A stretch of DNA of 64,000 nt from an uncultured Alphaproteobacteria bacterium (lineage in GTDB: Bacteria; Pseudomonadota; Alphaproteobacteria; Methylaequorales; Methylaequoraceae): contig CACFSX010000003.1 of NCBI GenBank assembly GCA_902569095.1, positions 9,533-73,532 on the forward strand. The letters run 5' to 3'. A model generated the notes under the pieces. The model was not told the origin of the DNA. It ran no database searches and saw only the letters and a program-made list of their open reading frames with translations. Shown in pieces: positions 40,360 to 50,797 of the stretch. A program made the position numbers and the translations under genes. Positions within the stretch are counted from its first letter, which is position 1; each line of letters opens with the position of its first letter.

Positions 40360-41827
40360 TTTTATAGTTTATGATTTTGAAACTTCTGGGAGAAGCTCAA
40401 GATTTGACCAAATACTTCAAGCGGGAATAATTATTTATGATCAAAATCTAAAAGCTATTAAAAAATTAAATTTAAAATCGCGCATTAATCCAGATATTGT
40501 TCCTTCAATTAATGCATTGAGAGTTAATAAATTAAAGATTTCAGATATTCTTTCAGAGAAAATGAGTAACTACGAAATGACAATGGAAATGCATAAATTT
40601 TTATCAAAATTTAATGATTCTTTTTTCGTTGGGTATAACTCCATAAATTTTGATGAAGAATTTTTTAGACAAACACTTTGGGAACACTTTATTTTTCCTT
40701 ACTTAACAAATTCAAAAGGGAACTCGAGGCTTGACGTCCTTAATTTTGTTACACTAGTTCATGCTTTTAGAAAAAATACTTTAAATGTAGAAGAAAGTGA
40801 TGAAGGTAAGATAACATTCAGGTTGGAGAGTTTGGCAAAAGCAAATTACTTTGAGTCAGAAAATGCACACGAAGCAATTGCAGACGTTGAAACAACAATG
40901 AAACTTCTAGAAATGCTGTTAAAAAAAAATTACGACCTCTTCAAAATATTTATTAGCAACTCTTATCCTGGAAAATTAGAAAACAAAATTATTGACCAAA
41001 ATATTTTCACTATGCACAACTACATTTTTAACAAGCATAGAGTTTATCTAGTAAAAAATCTTTTAAAACATCCAGTTTACAAAAATCAAATGATTGGATT
41101 TGATCTTAAGTATGATACCTCAGAAATTGTTAATTATGGAATCGATGAACTTGGAGAAATATATAGATCAAAATCTTTTTTTAGAAAAATTAAACTTAAT
41201 AAACAGCCATCTATTTTGGATAAATCTTTTGCAAGAAATCTTAGTCCTTACAGTGAATTAACAGATGATGAAATAAATTTAAAATGTATGCAGCTACAGA
41301 AAAAAGAATTTCTCCTCAATCTCAACAAAATTTTGGAAAAAGAATCAATGGATTATAACGAAAATCAATCTCAGGAGATAAAATTAGAAGAAGAGACAAT
41401 TTATTCTCAAAAAATCAATTACAATGATTCAAGAATTATGAACAGGTTTCATGAGGAGGAATGGGACCAGAAGTGGAGTTTTGCTGAAAAATTTAAAGAT
41501 CAGCGGTTAAGATTTTTTGCAGCGCGTCATATTTATAGAAATTATCCGGAGGAACTTCCTAGAAAAATTTTTAAATTGCTTCATAAAAAAATTTCAGAAA
41601 GAATTTGTTCTTTAGAGAAAAAGAAATTTATAACAATTCCAGCTGCTATGGAGGAGGCAGATTCATTATCCTTAGAAATTGAAGAAAATGATTTAGGAAA
41701 TGATTTAAAAGAACAAATAGATCAGTATAATATTTACATTAACTTTTTAAATGATTACTATAAAAACCCCAATGCGCATCCAATTCAATTTGATAAGAAT
41801 TTATCAAAAAAACTTTTTGAAAATTAA
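40352..41827 (+). CDS. sbcB: exodeoxyribonuclease I
   Basis: DEDDh exonuclease motifs (YDFETSG, GYNSINFDEEF, FRLESLAKANYFESENAHEAIADV) collinear with E. coli ExoI over the full length. Confidence 0.8.
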   Translation: MNNFIVYDFETSGRSSRFDQILQAGIIIYDQNLKAIKKLNLKSRINPDIVPSINALRVNKLKISDILSEKMSNYEMTMEMHKFLSKFNDSFFVGYNSINFDEEFFRQTLWEHFIFPYLTNSKGNSRLDVLNFVTLVHAFRKNTLNVEESDEGKITFRLESLAKANYFESENAHEAIADVETTMKLLEMLLKKNYDLFKIFISNSYPGKLENKIIDQNIFTMHNYIFNKHRVYLVKNLLKHPVYKNQMIGFDLKYDTSEIVNYGIDELGEIYRSKSFFRKIKLNKQPSILDKSFARNLSPYSELTDDEINLKCMQLQKKEFLLNLNKILEKESMDYNENQSQEIKLEEETIYSQKINYNDSRIMNRFHEEEWDQKWSFAEKFKDQRLRFFAARHIYRNYPEELPRKIFKLLHKKISERICSLEKKKFITIPAAMEEADSLSLEIEENDLGNDLKEQIDQYNIYINFLNDYYKNPNAHPIQFDKNLSKKLFEN

Positions 41828-41839
41828 TGGAGTATAAAA

Positions 41840-42163
41840 ATGACAACAATTAAAAATTGCAATGAAAATGATTTTGAAAATGAAGTTCTCAAATCAAATC
41901 TCCCGGTAATAGTGGATTTCTGGGCAGAATGGTGTGGTCCATGTAAAATGCTAACGCCAATATTAGAGGAACTTTCAGATGAAATGATAAAGGAGATTAG
42001 TATTGTAAAAGTTAACCTAGACGAAAACCAAGACTTAGCTATGAAATACTCTATAAGAAGTATACCAACATTGCTGTTATTTAAAGATGGCAATTTACTT
42101 GATACAAAAGTAGGTCTTTTACCAAAAAATGAGATAGTAGCTTGGTTCAAATCAAAAATTTAG
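41840..42163 (+). CDS. trxA: thioredoxin
   Basis: WCGPCK active site; 107 aa. Confidence 0.9.
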   Translation: MTTIKNCNENDFENEVLKSNLPVIVDFWAEWCGPCKMLTPILEELSDEMIKEISIVKVNLDENQDLAMKYSIRSIPTLLLFKDGNLLDTKVGLLPKNEIVAWFKSKI

Positions 42164-43467
42164 TTAATCTTGAAACCATCTTGTTTTAGAACCTCTCCAG
42201 CTAAATATAATGAACCACATATAACTAACTTTCCGCTAGCATAAGTTTCCTTTATTGTTTTTAGAACTTCTTTTATATCTAATGAACATTCAATGCTAAT
42301 TTTTGAATTGATCTCATTTTTTATAATGTTTTTCATTTCATATGGCTTTATATATTGATGGTCTGGTATTGGTAAAAGAAAGATTGCTGAAAGATTTTGA
42401 ATTAATTTTTTTATAAATGAATTTGGGTCTTTTCCAACCATCATGCCTATTACTAAAAAAACATTTTCTTCTTTCCACTTGTCAATTATTTTTTTAAGTA
42501 TATTAGATGCTTCCAGGTTATGACCTCCATCTAGCCAGATATCAAATTTTTTCCCCATATATGAGGATAAATTACCATTTTTAAGATTTTGCATTCTTGC
42601 TGGCCATTTTGCTGACACAATTCCTGCATTAATATTTTTATTTAAAATATCTTTTCTTCCAAGTGATAATACCGTTGCTACAGCTGTTGAAGCGTTATCT
42701 ATCTGATGTTCACCAAAAAGTTCAGGAAAATTAAAATTATAATTTGCCTTTTCAAAAAACATACTAAAGTTTTTCTTTATAAAATCTTTTTCTCTAATTT
42801 TCCAATTTGACCCTTCTTCTAATAGCTCGATCTTCATTCTTTTTGCTTCAACTCTTGCTAATTTCCTAACGACTGAATGTTGCTTTGATAGGACTATCTT
42901 TTTTGAATTTTTTAAAATTCCTAATTTTTCTTTAGCAATTTTTTCAATTGTTGACCCAAGAAAATTCATATGATCCATTGAAATTGGAGTGATGACACTG
43001 CAGAGTTTATTTTCAACAACATTGGTAGCATCAAATCTTCCACCTAGTCCAGTTTCCAGTAGAATAATATCAGATTCAATTCTACTGAACGCCAAAAGTG
43101 CAGCAGCGGTTGTAATTTCAAAAAAAGTAATCTCTTCTCCTTTATTATAAAATTCACATTCCTCTAAAAGTGTGCTTAGGTGATAGTTACTTATTAGTTT
43201 AGAATTTAACCTTATTCTTTCGTTGAAATTTATTAGATGAGGTGATGTGTATGTATGAACTTTGTAATTTGAAAACTCAAATATTGACCTTAAAAAAGAA
43301 GTTACGGAACCTTTACCATTGGTTCCAGCAACATGAATTACATGAGATAATTTCAGATGAGGATTGTCTAATTTATTAAGCAATTTAGTTAGACGTTTAA
43401 GAGATAAATCAATCTTTTTTGGATGTAAAAGTTCAAGTCTCTTTAAAATTTTTGCAGATTTGTCCAC
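42160..43467 (-). CDS. folC: bifunctional folylpolyglutamate synthase/dihydrofolate synthase
   Basis: P-loop HVAGTNGKGS and the Mur ligase fold. Confidence 0.85.
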   Translation of the reverse strand: MDKSAKILKRLELLHPKKIDLSLKRLTKLLNKLDNPHLKLSHVIHVAGTNGKGSVTSFLRSIFEFSNYKVHTYTSPHLINFNERIRLNSKLISNYHLSTLLEECEFYNKGEEITFFEITTAAALLAFSRIESDIILLETGLGGRFDATNVVENKLCSVITPISMDHMNFLGSTIEKIAKEKLGILKNSKKIVLSKQHSVVRKLARVEAKRMKIELLEEGSNWKIREKDFIKKNFSMFFEKANYNFNFPELFGEHQIDNASTAVATVLSLGRKDILNKNINAGIVSAKWPARMQNLKNGNLSSYMGKKFDIWLDGGHNLEASNILKKIIDKWKEENVFLVIGMMVGKDPNSFIKKLIQNLSAIFLLPIPDHQYIKPYEMKNIIKNEINSKISIECSLDIKEVLKTIKETYASGKLVICGSLYLAGEVLKQDGFKIN

Positions 43468-43474
43468 TTTTAAA

Positions 43475-44317
43475 TCAAGCTACAAGGAAATCCAATAAAT
43501 CTTCAATTTTTTTCTTAAGTTCTTTTCTGTGAACAACAAGATCGATCATGCCCTTTTCCATAAGATACTCTGATTTTTGAAAGTTTTGTGGTAATTTTTC
43601 TTTAATTGTGTCCTCAATAACCCTGCTTCCTGCAAAACCAATAGTAGCATCCTTTTCAGCAATTATTATATCACCAAGCATTGCAAATGATGCTGAAACA
43701 CCTCCGGTTGTCGGATCGGTAAGAACAGAAATAAAAGGTAAATTTAGCTTTCCGAATGAATTAATAGCTATAACAGTTCTTGGCATTTGCATTAAAGATA
43801 AAATTCCTTCCTGCATCCGTGCGCCACCTGATGAGCTAAATATAATTAACGGTAAGTTATTTTTTTTTGCAAAATCACACGCAGTTATTATTGCTTCACC
43901 AGCAGCCATACCCATTGAACCGCCCATAAAATTAAAATCAAAAATTGCTGTTACAATTTTTTTTCCATTAATAGTTCCTGATGCTACAATAACGGAATCA
44001 TTAGTTTGGTTTTTCTTTTGAGCGTTTTTTAATCTTTCTGTATATTTTTTACTATCCTTAAAGTTAAGTGGATCTGGTTTGATTTTAGGTGTATCCATAA
44101 TCATATAACTTTTTCCTAAGAATAATTCTAACCTTTCTTTTGAACTAATTCTAAAATGATGATCACAATGTTTACAAACATATTGATTAGATATAAGTTC
44201 TTTTCTCAATAACATTTGGGAGCATTTTGGACATGTTTCCCATAAATTGTCGGGAACTTCTTTTTTCCCAACGAAGGCTTGAAGTTTCGGCCTTACAAAA
44301 TTAGTTATCCAGTTCAT
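43475..44317 (-). CDS. accD: acetyl-CoA carboxylase carboxyltransferase subunit beta
   Basis: N-terminal C4 zinc finger (CPKC...CKHC) plus the carboxyltransferase domain. Confidence 0.9.
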   Translation of the reverse strand: MNWITNFVRPKLQAFVGKKEVPDNLWETCPKCSQMLLRKELISNQYVCKHCDHHFRISSKERLELFLGKSYMIMDTPKIKPDPLNFKDSKKYTERLKNAQKKNQTNDSVIVASGTINGKKIVTAIFDFNFMGGSMGMAAGEAIITACDFAKKNNLPLIIFSSSGGARMQEGILSLMQMPRTVIAINSFGKLNLPFISVLTDPTTGGVSASFAMLGDIIIAEKDATIGFAGSRVIEDTIKEKLPQNFQKSEYLMEKGMIDLVVHRKELKKKIEDLLDFLVA

Positions 44318-44332
44318 ATAAATAATTTACCA

Positions 44333-45136
44333 TTATTTTTTTAAATTTGCTAAGAAATCGGATATGTTCTTCAACATCTGATTTTCGGAATATTTTCCTT
44401 TATCATAATCCTCAATAAAGCTTACTATGGCTGATCCAACTACACATCCATCTGAGAATTTATTCAAGCTTTGTATTTGATTTTTGTTCTTTATACCAAA
44501 TCCAACACATATGGGTAATTTTGAAATTTTTCTGATTTTGTTCACTGATTTTTTAACTTCAATTATAGACGGTTTTTTTGTTCCTGTGATGCCCATAACT
44601 GAAACATAGTATAAAAAACCGCTCGTTTGCTGGAGAATTTTATTTAATCTTTCCTTATGTGTTGTGGGTGTTAGTAATCTAATATTATGAACATTATATT
44701 TTTTCGTATAATTGTTTATATAATGGTCTTCTTCAGGTGGTAAATCGACAATTATCAAACCATCTATTCCAACTTTGCTACATTTTAAAAAAAAATCTTT
44801 TAGACCATATTGGAAAATTGGATTGAAATATCCCATCAGAACAATTGGGATATCTTCTTCATTTTTTCTGAAATTCTTCACTAACTCGAAAGTACTGTCA
44901 ATGTTAGCACCAGCTTTAATTGCTCTTTGACTTGACTTTTGGATGGTAGGTCCGTCAGCCATAGGATCAGAGAATGGAAAGCCTATTTCAATTAGATCAA
45001 TTTTTTGATTCCTAAGAACATTTAATATTTTTTTTGAAATTTTTTGATTTGGATCACCTGATGTGACAAATGCAACAAGAGCTTTTCCATTAATTTTTTT
45101 TAAAGCTAAAAACTTATTATCTATCCTATTTTGCAT
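44333..45136 (-). CDS. trpA: tryptophan synthase alpha chain
   Basis: Conserved TrpA blocks (LIEIGFPFSDPMADGP, GF..P); 267 aa. Confidence 0.9.
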   Translation of the reverse strand: MQNRIDNKFLALKKINGKALVAFVTSGDPNQKISKKILNVLRNQKIDLIEIGFPFSDPMADGPTIQKSSQRAIKAGANIDSTFELVKNFRKNEEDIPIVLMGYFNPIFQYGLKDFFLKCSKVGIDGLIIVDLPPEEDHYINNYTKKYNVHNIRLLTPTTHKERLNKILQQTSGFLYYVSVMGITGTKKPSIIEVKKSVNKIRKISKLPICVGFGIKNKNQIQSLNKFSDGCVVGSAIVSFIEDYDKGKYSENQMLKNISDFLANLKK

Positions 45137-45143
45137 TTAAATC

Positions 45144-46361
45144 CTAAATTTTTACTCCTAAGCTATCTGAGATTGAAAAAATATCCTTATCTCCTCTACC
45201 ACACATATTCATTATAATAATTTGATTTTTCTTAAATTTTTGAGCATTTTTTAGAAGGTATGCCAAAGCATGAGATGGTTCAAGAGCAGGGATTATACCT
45301 TCTAATTTTGAACAAATTTTAAATGCATTTAGTGCCTCTTTGTCTGTTGCACTAAAATAATTTACCCTTCCTGTTTCCTTAAGCCATGAATGTTCGGGTC
45401 CAATACCAGGATAATCCAACCCTGCAGATATTGAATGTGCATCATTAATTTGTCCTTCTTCGTTTTGAAGTAAATATGTATAATTACCATGCAAAAACCC
45501 TGGTTTCCCTCTTGATAAAGAAGCTGCATGCATGTTAGAATTTATCCCTTTTCCTCCTGCTTCAATTCCTATAATTTCAACATTTTTGTTGTTAAGAAAT
45601 GGGTAAAAAAGACCAAGAGCATTTGACCCTCCTCCAATACAAGCTAGTAATAAATCAGGAAGTTTTTTTTCAATTTTAAGGATTTGTTTCTTTGCTTCAA
45701 TTCCAATTATTGATTGGAAATCTCTTACCATCATCGGATATGGATGTGGTCCTGCAACGGTTCCTATAACATAAAATGTGTCTTTCACATTGGATACCCA
45801 ATCTCGCAACGCTTCATTCATGGCGTCTTTTAGAGTAGATGTTCCTGATTTTACCGGAATAATCTCAGCTCCAAGCAATTTCATTTTAAAAACATTCGGT
45901 GCTTGCCTTTCTATGTCTAAAGCACCCATATATACAACACATTTTAAGTTAAAAAGAGCACAAACTGTTGCCGTTGCAAGCCCATGTTGTCCAGCACCAG
46001 TCTCTGCTACAATTCTTTTTTTTCCCATTTTTTTGGCCAAGAGTATCTGTCCTACACAATTATTAATTTTGTGAGCACCAGTATGATTTAGTTCATCCCT
46101 TTTAAAATATACTTTTACATCTCCAATCTCTTTTGAAATTCTTTTCGCATGATAGAGTGGACTGGGTCTTCCTATGTAATTTTCAAAATAATAGTTAAGT
46201 TCGCTTTTGAACTCTTTTGATTTTTTTACTTCTTTATATTTTTTTTCAACATCAAGTAGAAGGGGCATGAGTGTTTCCGCGACGAACCTTCCTCCAAATT
46301 TTCCAAATCTACCGTGTTTATCAGGAAATTTATAATAGTTAATTTTATCTTTTTTTTTCAT
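45144..46361 (-). CDS. trpB: tryptophan synthase beta chain
   Basis: PLP-lysine region HTGAHKINN and a GGGSNA loop. Confidence 0.95.
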   Translation of the reverse strand: MKKKDKINYYKFPDKHGRFGKFGGRFVAETLMPLLLDVEKKYKEVKKSKEFKSELNYYFENYIGRPSPLYHAKRISKEIGDVKVYFKRDELNHTGAHKINNCVGQILLAKKMGKKRIVAETGAGQHGLATATVCALFNLKCVVYMGALDIERQAPNVFKMKLLGAEIIPVKSGTSTLKDAMNEALRDWVSNVKDTFYVIGTVAGPHPYPMMVRDFQSIIGIEAKKQILKIEKKLPDLLLACIGGGSNALGLFYPFLNNKNVEIIGIEAGGKGINSNMHAASLSRGKPGFLHGNYTYLLQNEEGQINDAHSISAGLDYPGIGPEHSWLKETGRVNYFSATDKEALNAFKICSKLEGIIPALEPSHALAYLLKNAQKFKKNQIIIMNMCGRGDKDIFSISDSLGVKI

Positions 46362-46983
46362 AATCTTTTACACACCTAATGAAACTTTTGATTTTTTTTT
46401 GACATTTTTCTCCTTTTGACTTCTCTACTCCTGATGAAACATCAATAAACTTAGCGTTGGTAATCTTTAAAGCCCTAGAGATATTATTTTCGTTTAACCC
46501 CCCTGCTAGAATCCATTCTCCTCGTGGATCATATCCTTTTAGGAGTTCCCAATCAAATGAAATTCCTGTCCCTCCGCTAACTTCAGATTCACTTTTTGTA
46601 TCAAATAAGATCATATCGCATAATTTTTCAAATTTGCTAGCTTTTTTAATATCAGAATATTCTTTTATTGGTATTGCTTTTATGATCGGTTTTTTTAACT
46701 TCTTAATTTCATTTATATAAACTAAATCTTCATTTCCGTGAAGTTGAATAACATCTAAATTTAAAGTTTCAGAAATATGATTTACTAAATTTAAATCAGC
46801 ATCTACAAATAATCCAACAAGCTTTTGATTATCATTGATATAAGGTCTGAGTCTTTTTGCTTCTAGAGCATTAATAAATCTTGGAGATTTTTGATAGAAA
46901 ACAAACCCAATATAATTAGCATCTGAACCCGCTAAAATTGACTCTTTATCTCTTAGTCCACACAATTTAATTTTAATCTTCAT
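46345..46983 (-). CDS. trpF: phosphoribosylanthranilate isomerase
   Basis: N-terminus KIKLCGL and a TIM-barrel PRAI pattern (LAGGL). Confidence 0.85.
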   Translation of the reverse strand: MKIKIKLCGLRDKESILAGSDANYIGFVFYQKSPRFINALEAKRLRPYINDNQKLVGLFVDADLNLVNHISETLNLDVIQLHGNEDLVYINEIKKLKKPIIKAIPIKEYSDIKKASKFEKLCDMILFDTKSESEVSGGTGISFDWELLKGYDPRGEWILAGGLNENNISRALKITNAKFIDVSSGVEKSKGEKCQKKIKSFIRCVKDYEKKR

Positions 46984-47674
46984 AGTGTTTTTCTATATCC
47001 TCTAAAATTTTCTTTATTGAATTGATTGGGTTGGTCGATTGTGTAATTGATCTTCCAATTATTAACATATTAGAGCCATTTTTTATTGCCTGACCAGGAG
47101 AAATAATTCTTTTTTGATCATTTGCTTTGTGTTTAGATAGTCTTATACCAGGTGTAACAAAGATCATATTGGTTTTAGTTAATTTTTTTTTCAAGTGAGG
47201 TATTTCATGAGCTGAGGAAACCAAACCATCTATATCAGCTTTTTCACCAATTTTTGCTAAATTCTCTACAAAAGCTAAATTGCTTAAATTATAACCAAAG
47301 CTTTTTAAGTCTGATGTTTCTAAGCTAGTTAGCATTGAAATTCCTAAAATTTTAGTATTATTTTTAATCGAAACTACATCCTTGACCATTTTCAAGCCAC
47401 CAGTTAGATGGATAGATAAATAGTCAGGTTTCAAATTAATTAAATTCTGGGCCGATCTCTTTACTGTATTTGGAATATCTTTGAGTTTTAAATCCAAGAA
47501 AATTGGTACACCAAACTTTTTTATTTCAAGAAATCCCTTTGGCCCATTTTCAGAAAAAAATTCTAGACCAATTTTTATTCCTCCGATATGTTTTTGTATT
47601 TTTGATATAAATTTTTTTGATTGTTCTAAATCTGTAAAATCAATTGCACAAAAAATAAAATCCTTAAAATTCAT
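46973..47674 (-). CDS. pyrF: orotidine 5'-phosphate decarboxylase
   Basis: FLDLKLKDIPNTV catalytic Lys/Asp block. Confidence 0.85.
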   Translation of the reverse strand: MNFKDFIFCAIDFTDLEQSKKFISKIQKHIGGIKIGLEFFSENGPKGFLEIKKFGVPIFLDLKLKDIPNTVKRSAQNLINLKPDYLSIHLTGGLKMVKDVVSIKNNTKILGISMLTSLETSDLKSFGYNLSNLAFVENLAKIGEKADIDGLVSSAHEIPHLKKKLTKTNMIFVTPGIRLSKHKANDQKRIISPGQAIKNGSNMLIIGRSITQSTNPINSIKKILEDIEKHYED

Positions 47675-47678
47675 ACTT

Positions 47679-47899
47679 TTATCTTAATAGTTTTTTTAAA
47701 AAGGAAAAAATTATGCCTAATAAAAATCCTGAAAATATTAGTATTAAAACAAGAATGTACAAGGGTAGTTCCAAAAAAAAGGGGAACGGGAATAGATTTA
47801 TTTTTACTGAATATTTATTTCCAATAGCAAAAAGGGAAAAAAAAATTAAAAAAAAAAAAAGAAAATAAAACCAACTATTTTTTTAATTTTTGATGACAT
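47679..47899 (-). pseudogene. lapA: lapA (DUF1049, LPS assembly protein A) homolog interrupted by a -1 frameshift in a T13 run (A13 on the plus strand); intact if the tract is 14 nt
   Basis: Frame A from ATG 47899 reads MSSKIKKIVGFIFFFFF*. The adjacent frame continues ...LIFFSLFAIGNKYSVKINLFPFPFFLELPLYILVLILIFSGFLLGIIFSFLKKLLR* and ends 5 nt before pyrF. The central part matches the LapA pattern GAQNDQQVTFNYLL...EYRIS..L...FAAGFAIGWLI, and the position upstream of pyrF matches E. coli lapA-lapB-pyrF. Confidence 0.6.
47848..47860. repeat. A13 homopolymer (T13 on the coding strand of the lapA-like gene)
   Basis: Counted directly: positions 47848-47860 are all A. Confidence 0.9.
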
Positions 47900-48170
47900 T
47901 TATTTCCTTCCTTAATTTTTTTCCAGGTATAAAATGTACAAAATTTTTCTTTTTAATTTCAATTTTTTCTCCTGATGAAGGATTTCGTCCTATTCTACTT
48001 TCACGGATTTTAGTTGAAAAAGTTCCAAAATCCCTAATTTCAATCCTTGCACCTTTAGCTAAATTTGAAGCGAAAAATTGTAGGATCTTTTCAAGTGTTC
48101 TTTCAACTTCTCTTCTAGGTAAATACTCGAATTTACTTTCAAGCTCTTTTAAAATATCTGATTTTTTCAT
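47883..48170 (-). CDS. ihfB: integration host factor subunit beta
   Basis: HU/IHF fold with GARIEIRDFGTFS and RNPSSGE motifs. I prefer ATG 48170, whose ATGA overlaps the sppA stop, over the listed TTG at 48185. Confidence 0.85.
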   Translation of the reverse strand: MKKSDILKELESKFEYLPRREVERTLEKILQFFASNLAKGARIEIRDFGTFSTKIRESRIGRNPSSGEKIEIKKKNFVHFIPGKKLRKEINVIKN

Positions 48171-49108
48171 ATCCCAGGCATCCAAATAGCGACAAAACCA
48201 TTATAAAAGTTTTGATTTAAATAATTAATCTTTTTTTTTAAAAAACCTAGATTCAATACTTTAGTTATATCACTTTGAATTGATAAATCTTTGACTCTTA
48301 CATCATCATCCACCCCTGCTTCTTGCTTTAACCACAACATGGCGTCATTTTCAGTTCCTACAGCATCTATGAGCTTTAAATCTTTAGCTTGTTTACCTGT
48401 CACAATTCTTCCATCTGAAACTAAATCTATTGTGGAATTTGATATATCTCTACTTTTTTTAACTAAACTTAAAAATTCTAGTTGCATTTTTTGTATTACA
48501 TCTTGGAGGTAATTAAGTTTTTTTTCATCGATTTTTTCAACAGGATTAGGTACTGCTTTCAAATCACCACTTTTAATAATAACGGGGTTTATTCCTAATT
48601 TACTAAGAAATTGACTGATATCTGCTGTTTGAAGTATTACACCTACTGACCCTGTAATAGTCCCCTCATTCCCATAAATTCTGTCAGAACTAAGTGAAAC
48701 CAGATAACCACCTGACGTAGCCATTTCTCTCATGTAAGCAACTGTAGGTATTTTCTTGCTTAAGTTTTTAATTGACTCATGAATTTCTTTGCTACTGACA
48801 TATGTTCCTCCTGGACTATTGATAATAGTTATTAGTCCTTTAACATTTTGGTCATTATTTAAGTTTTCGAGTTGTTCAAGTATGTCATCTCTATCTTTTA
48901 TGATTCCTTCAACAGTAATTTTAGCGATGAAAATTTCTTTACTTTGAAATTGGAGTGAAACAGTTACTATTATCAGAATCGCAATAGCCGCAATTAATAA
49001 ACGTTTTACTAAGGATTTTCTTCGCGAATAAAATTGATCTAAAAAGTCATTTGGTTTCATCTTTTGACTTTTTATCATTCTTTTTACCCTCTTCAAGTGC
49101 AGCACCAA
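48167..49108 (-). CDS. sppA: signal peptide peptidase SppA (36K type)
   Basis: ClpP/crotonase-fold S49 peptidase; N-terminal TM helix; Ser (GGY) and Lys dyad context. Confidence 0.8.
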   Translation of the reverse strand: MVLHLKRVKRMIKSQKMKPNDFLDQFYSRRKSLVKRLLIAAIAILIIVTVSLQFQSKEIFIAKITVEGIIKDRDDILEQLENLNNDQNVKGLITIINSPGGTYVSSKEIHESIKNLSKKIPTVAYMREMATSGGYLVSLSSDRIYGNEGTITGSVGVILQTADISQFLSKLGINPVIIKSGDLKAVPNPVEKIDEKKLNYLQDVIQKMQLEFLSLVKKSRDISNSTIDLVSDGRIVTGKQAKDLKLIDAVGTENDAMLWLKQEAGVDDDVRVKDLSIQSDITKVLNLGFLKKKINYLNQNFYNGFVAIWMPGI

Positions 49109-50738
49109 TTATATCACCTATACTAGCTCCTGAGGATGATGAACCATATTCTTTAAGTGCTTCCTTTTCTTCCTGAATTTCCAGGTCTTTAATTGACAAT
49201 TCATAGGCATCGTCTTTTGCAATTTTCTTTAAAACCTTAGCATCAATTTTTTCACCAACAGCAAATCTCGATGTATTTTGCTCTGTTTTAATTTTTGCTA
49301 AATTAGATTTTTTAACAAATCCTTTCAGATCTTTATCAAAATTCACAGTTATCTTTTCATCGTCAATCTTTTCAATAACGCAAGTCATTGTTTTGTTTAC
49401 AAACTTATCCTCTCTAATGGAACTTTTTTTAAGTTGCTTTATTCCTAATGATACTCTTTCTTTTTCAACATCAATATCCAAGATCTTAAATTTAACTTTT
49501 TCACCTATCTTGTATTTTTCGATTGCTTTAGGACTGCTATCTTCCCAAGATATATCTGATGCATGAATCAAACCGTCAAGTTCTTCTGTTAAACCAACAA
49601 AGATTCCAAAATCTGTGATATTTTTAATATCACCATTTGCAATATCTCCTACTTTTTTTGTCGAAGCAAAAATTTTCCAGGGATTCTCAGAACATTGTTT
49701 AAGCCCCAAACTAATTCTTCTTTTGGCATTATCAATCTCTAAAATTATGACTTCCACTTCTTCCCCAATTTTGAGAATTGAGTTTGGATTTATGTTTTTG
49801 TTTACCCAGCTCATTTCAGAGGTGTGAATGAGGCCTTCCACCCCTTTTTCTAGCTCAATAAATGCTCCGTAATCTGCTATGCTTGATATTTTAGATTTAA
49901 TTTTAGAACCCACCTTGTACATGCTTTCAACATTTTTCCAGGGATCTTCTGTTAGTTGTTTAAGACCAAGACTAATGCGATTATTTTCTTTATCATATTT
50001 AATTACAATTACTTCTATATCATCGCCAATTTTAAACATTTCAGAGGGATGATTAACTCTTTCCCATGAAATATCTGTAACGTGAATTAACCCATCCATT
50101 CCTCCTAAATCAACAAAAACACCATAATCAGTTATATTTTTTACGATACCTTTTAACTTATCCCCTTCATTTATATCAGATAAAAGTTTGCTTCTGTCAG
50201 CTTTTCTAGATTCTTCTAATAAAATTCTTCTGGAAACAACTATGTTTCCTCTTAATTTATCCATTTTGAGAATTATCATTGGTTGAGGTTTGTTTAAAAG
50301 CGGTGAAATATCCTTGATTGGCTTTAAATCTACTTGACTTCCAGGAAGAAATGCCACTGCACCATTAATATCGACTGCAAATCCACCTTTAACTCTTCCA
50401 GTAATAACTCCCATTACCTGCTCTTTTTGATTTTGCTGTTTTTCAAGATTTGACCATGACTCTTCTTTTCTTGCTCTTTCTCTACTTAAAAGAGCTTCTC
50501 CCTCTTTATTTTCTAGCTTTTCTAGGTAGACGTCATATTTATCTCCCACTTTAACACTGTGGTCCTCTCCAGGTGAATGAAATTCTTTTATTGGAATTCT
50601 TCCTTCTGCTTTCAACCCTACATCTACGACAACTGTGTCGTTAATGATTGAAAGCACGGTACCTTTAATAATTTGACCTTCCTTATATTTAAATTCTGAT
50701 AAGCTTTGCTCTAATAATTCACTAAAATTTTCTACCAA
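49047..50738 (-). CDS. rpsA: 30S ribosomal protein S1
   Basis: Six S1 repeats (G..V.G.V.....G.FV.L..); 563 aa. Confidence 0.95.
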   Translation of the reverse strand: MVENFSELLEQSLSEFKYKEGQIIKGTVLSIINDTVVVDVGLKAEGRIPIKEFHSPGEDHSVKVGDKYDVYLEKLENKEGEALLSRERARKEESWSNLEKQQNQKEQVMGVITGRVKGGFAVDINGAVAFLPGSQVDLKPIKDISPLLNKPQPMIILKMDKLRGNIVVSRRILLEESRKADRSKLLSDINEGDKLKGIVKNITDYGVFVDLGGMDGLIHVTDISWERVNHPSEMFKIGDDIEVIVIKYDKENNRISLGLKQLTEDPWKNVESMYKVGSKIKSKISSIADYGAFIELEKGVEGLIHTSEMSWVNKNINPNSILKIGEEVEVIILEIDNAKRRISLGLKQCSENPWKIFASTKKVGDIANGDIKNITDFGIFVGLTEELDGLIHASDISWEDSSPKAIEKYKIGEKVKFKILDIDVEKERVSLGIKQLKKSSIREDKFVNKTMTCVIEKIDDEKITVNFDKDLKGFVKKSNLAKIKTEQNTSRFAVGEKIDAKVLKKIAKDDAYELSIKDLEIQEEKEALKEYGSSSSGASIGDIIGAALEEGKKNDKKSKDETK

Positions 50739-50797
50739 TTAATTTCCTCTATAATTTATTGATTACAATTACAAAATTTTCAAGTGATATGCAATTA

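Noticed and set aside
41824-42150. Listed 108-aa minus-strand ORF
   Set aside because: It is completely antisense to trxA, which has the WCGPCK active site, so it is spurious.
47714-47866. 50-codon Lys-rich plus-strand ORF (MPNKNPEN...KKKRK) between pyrF and ihfB
   Set aside because: The opposite strand encodes a convincing LapA-like membrane protein in the conserved lapA-pyrF position. The plus-strand ORF is a reflection of the poly-A/T content.
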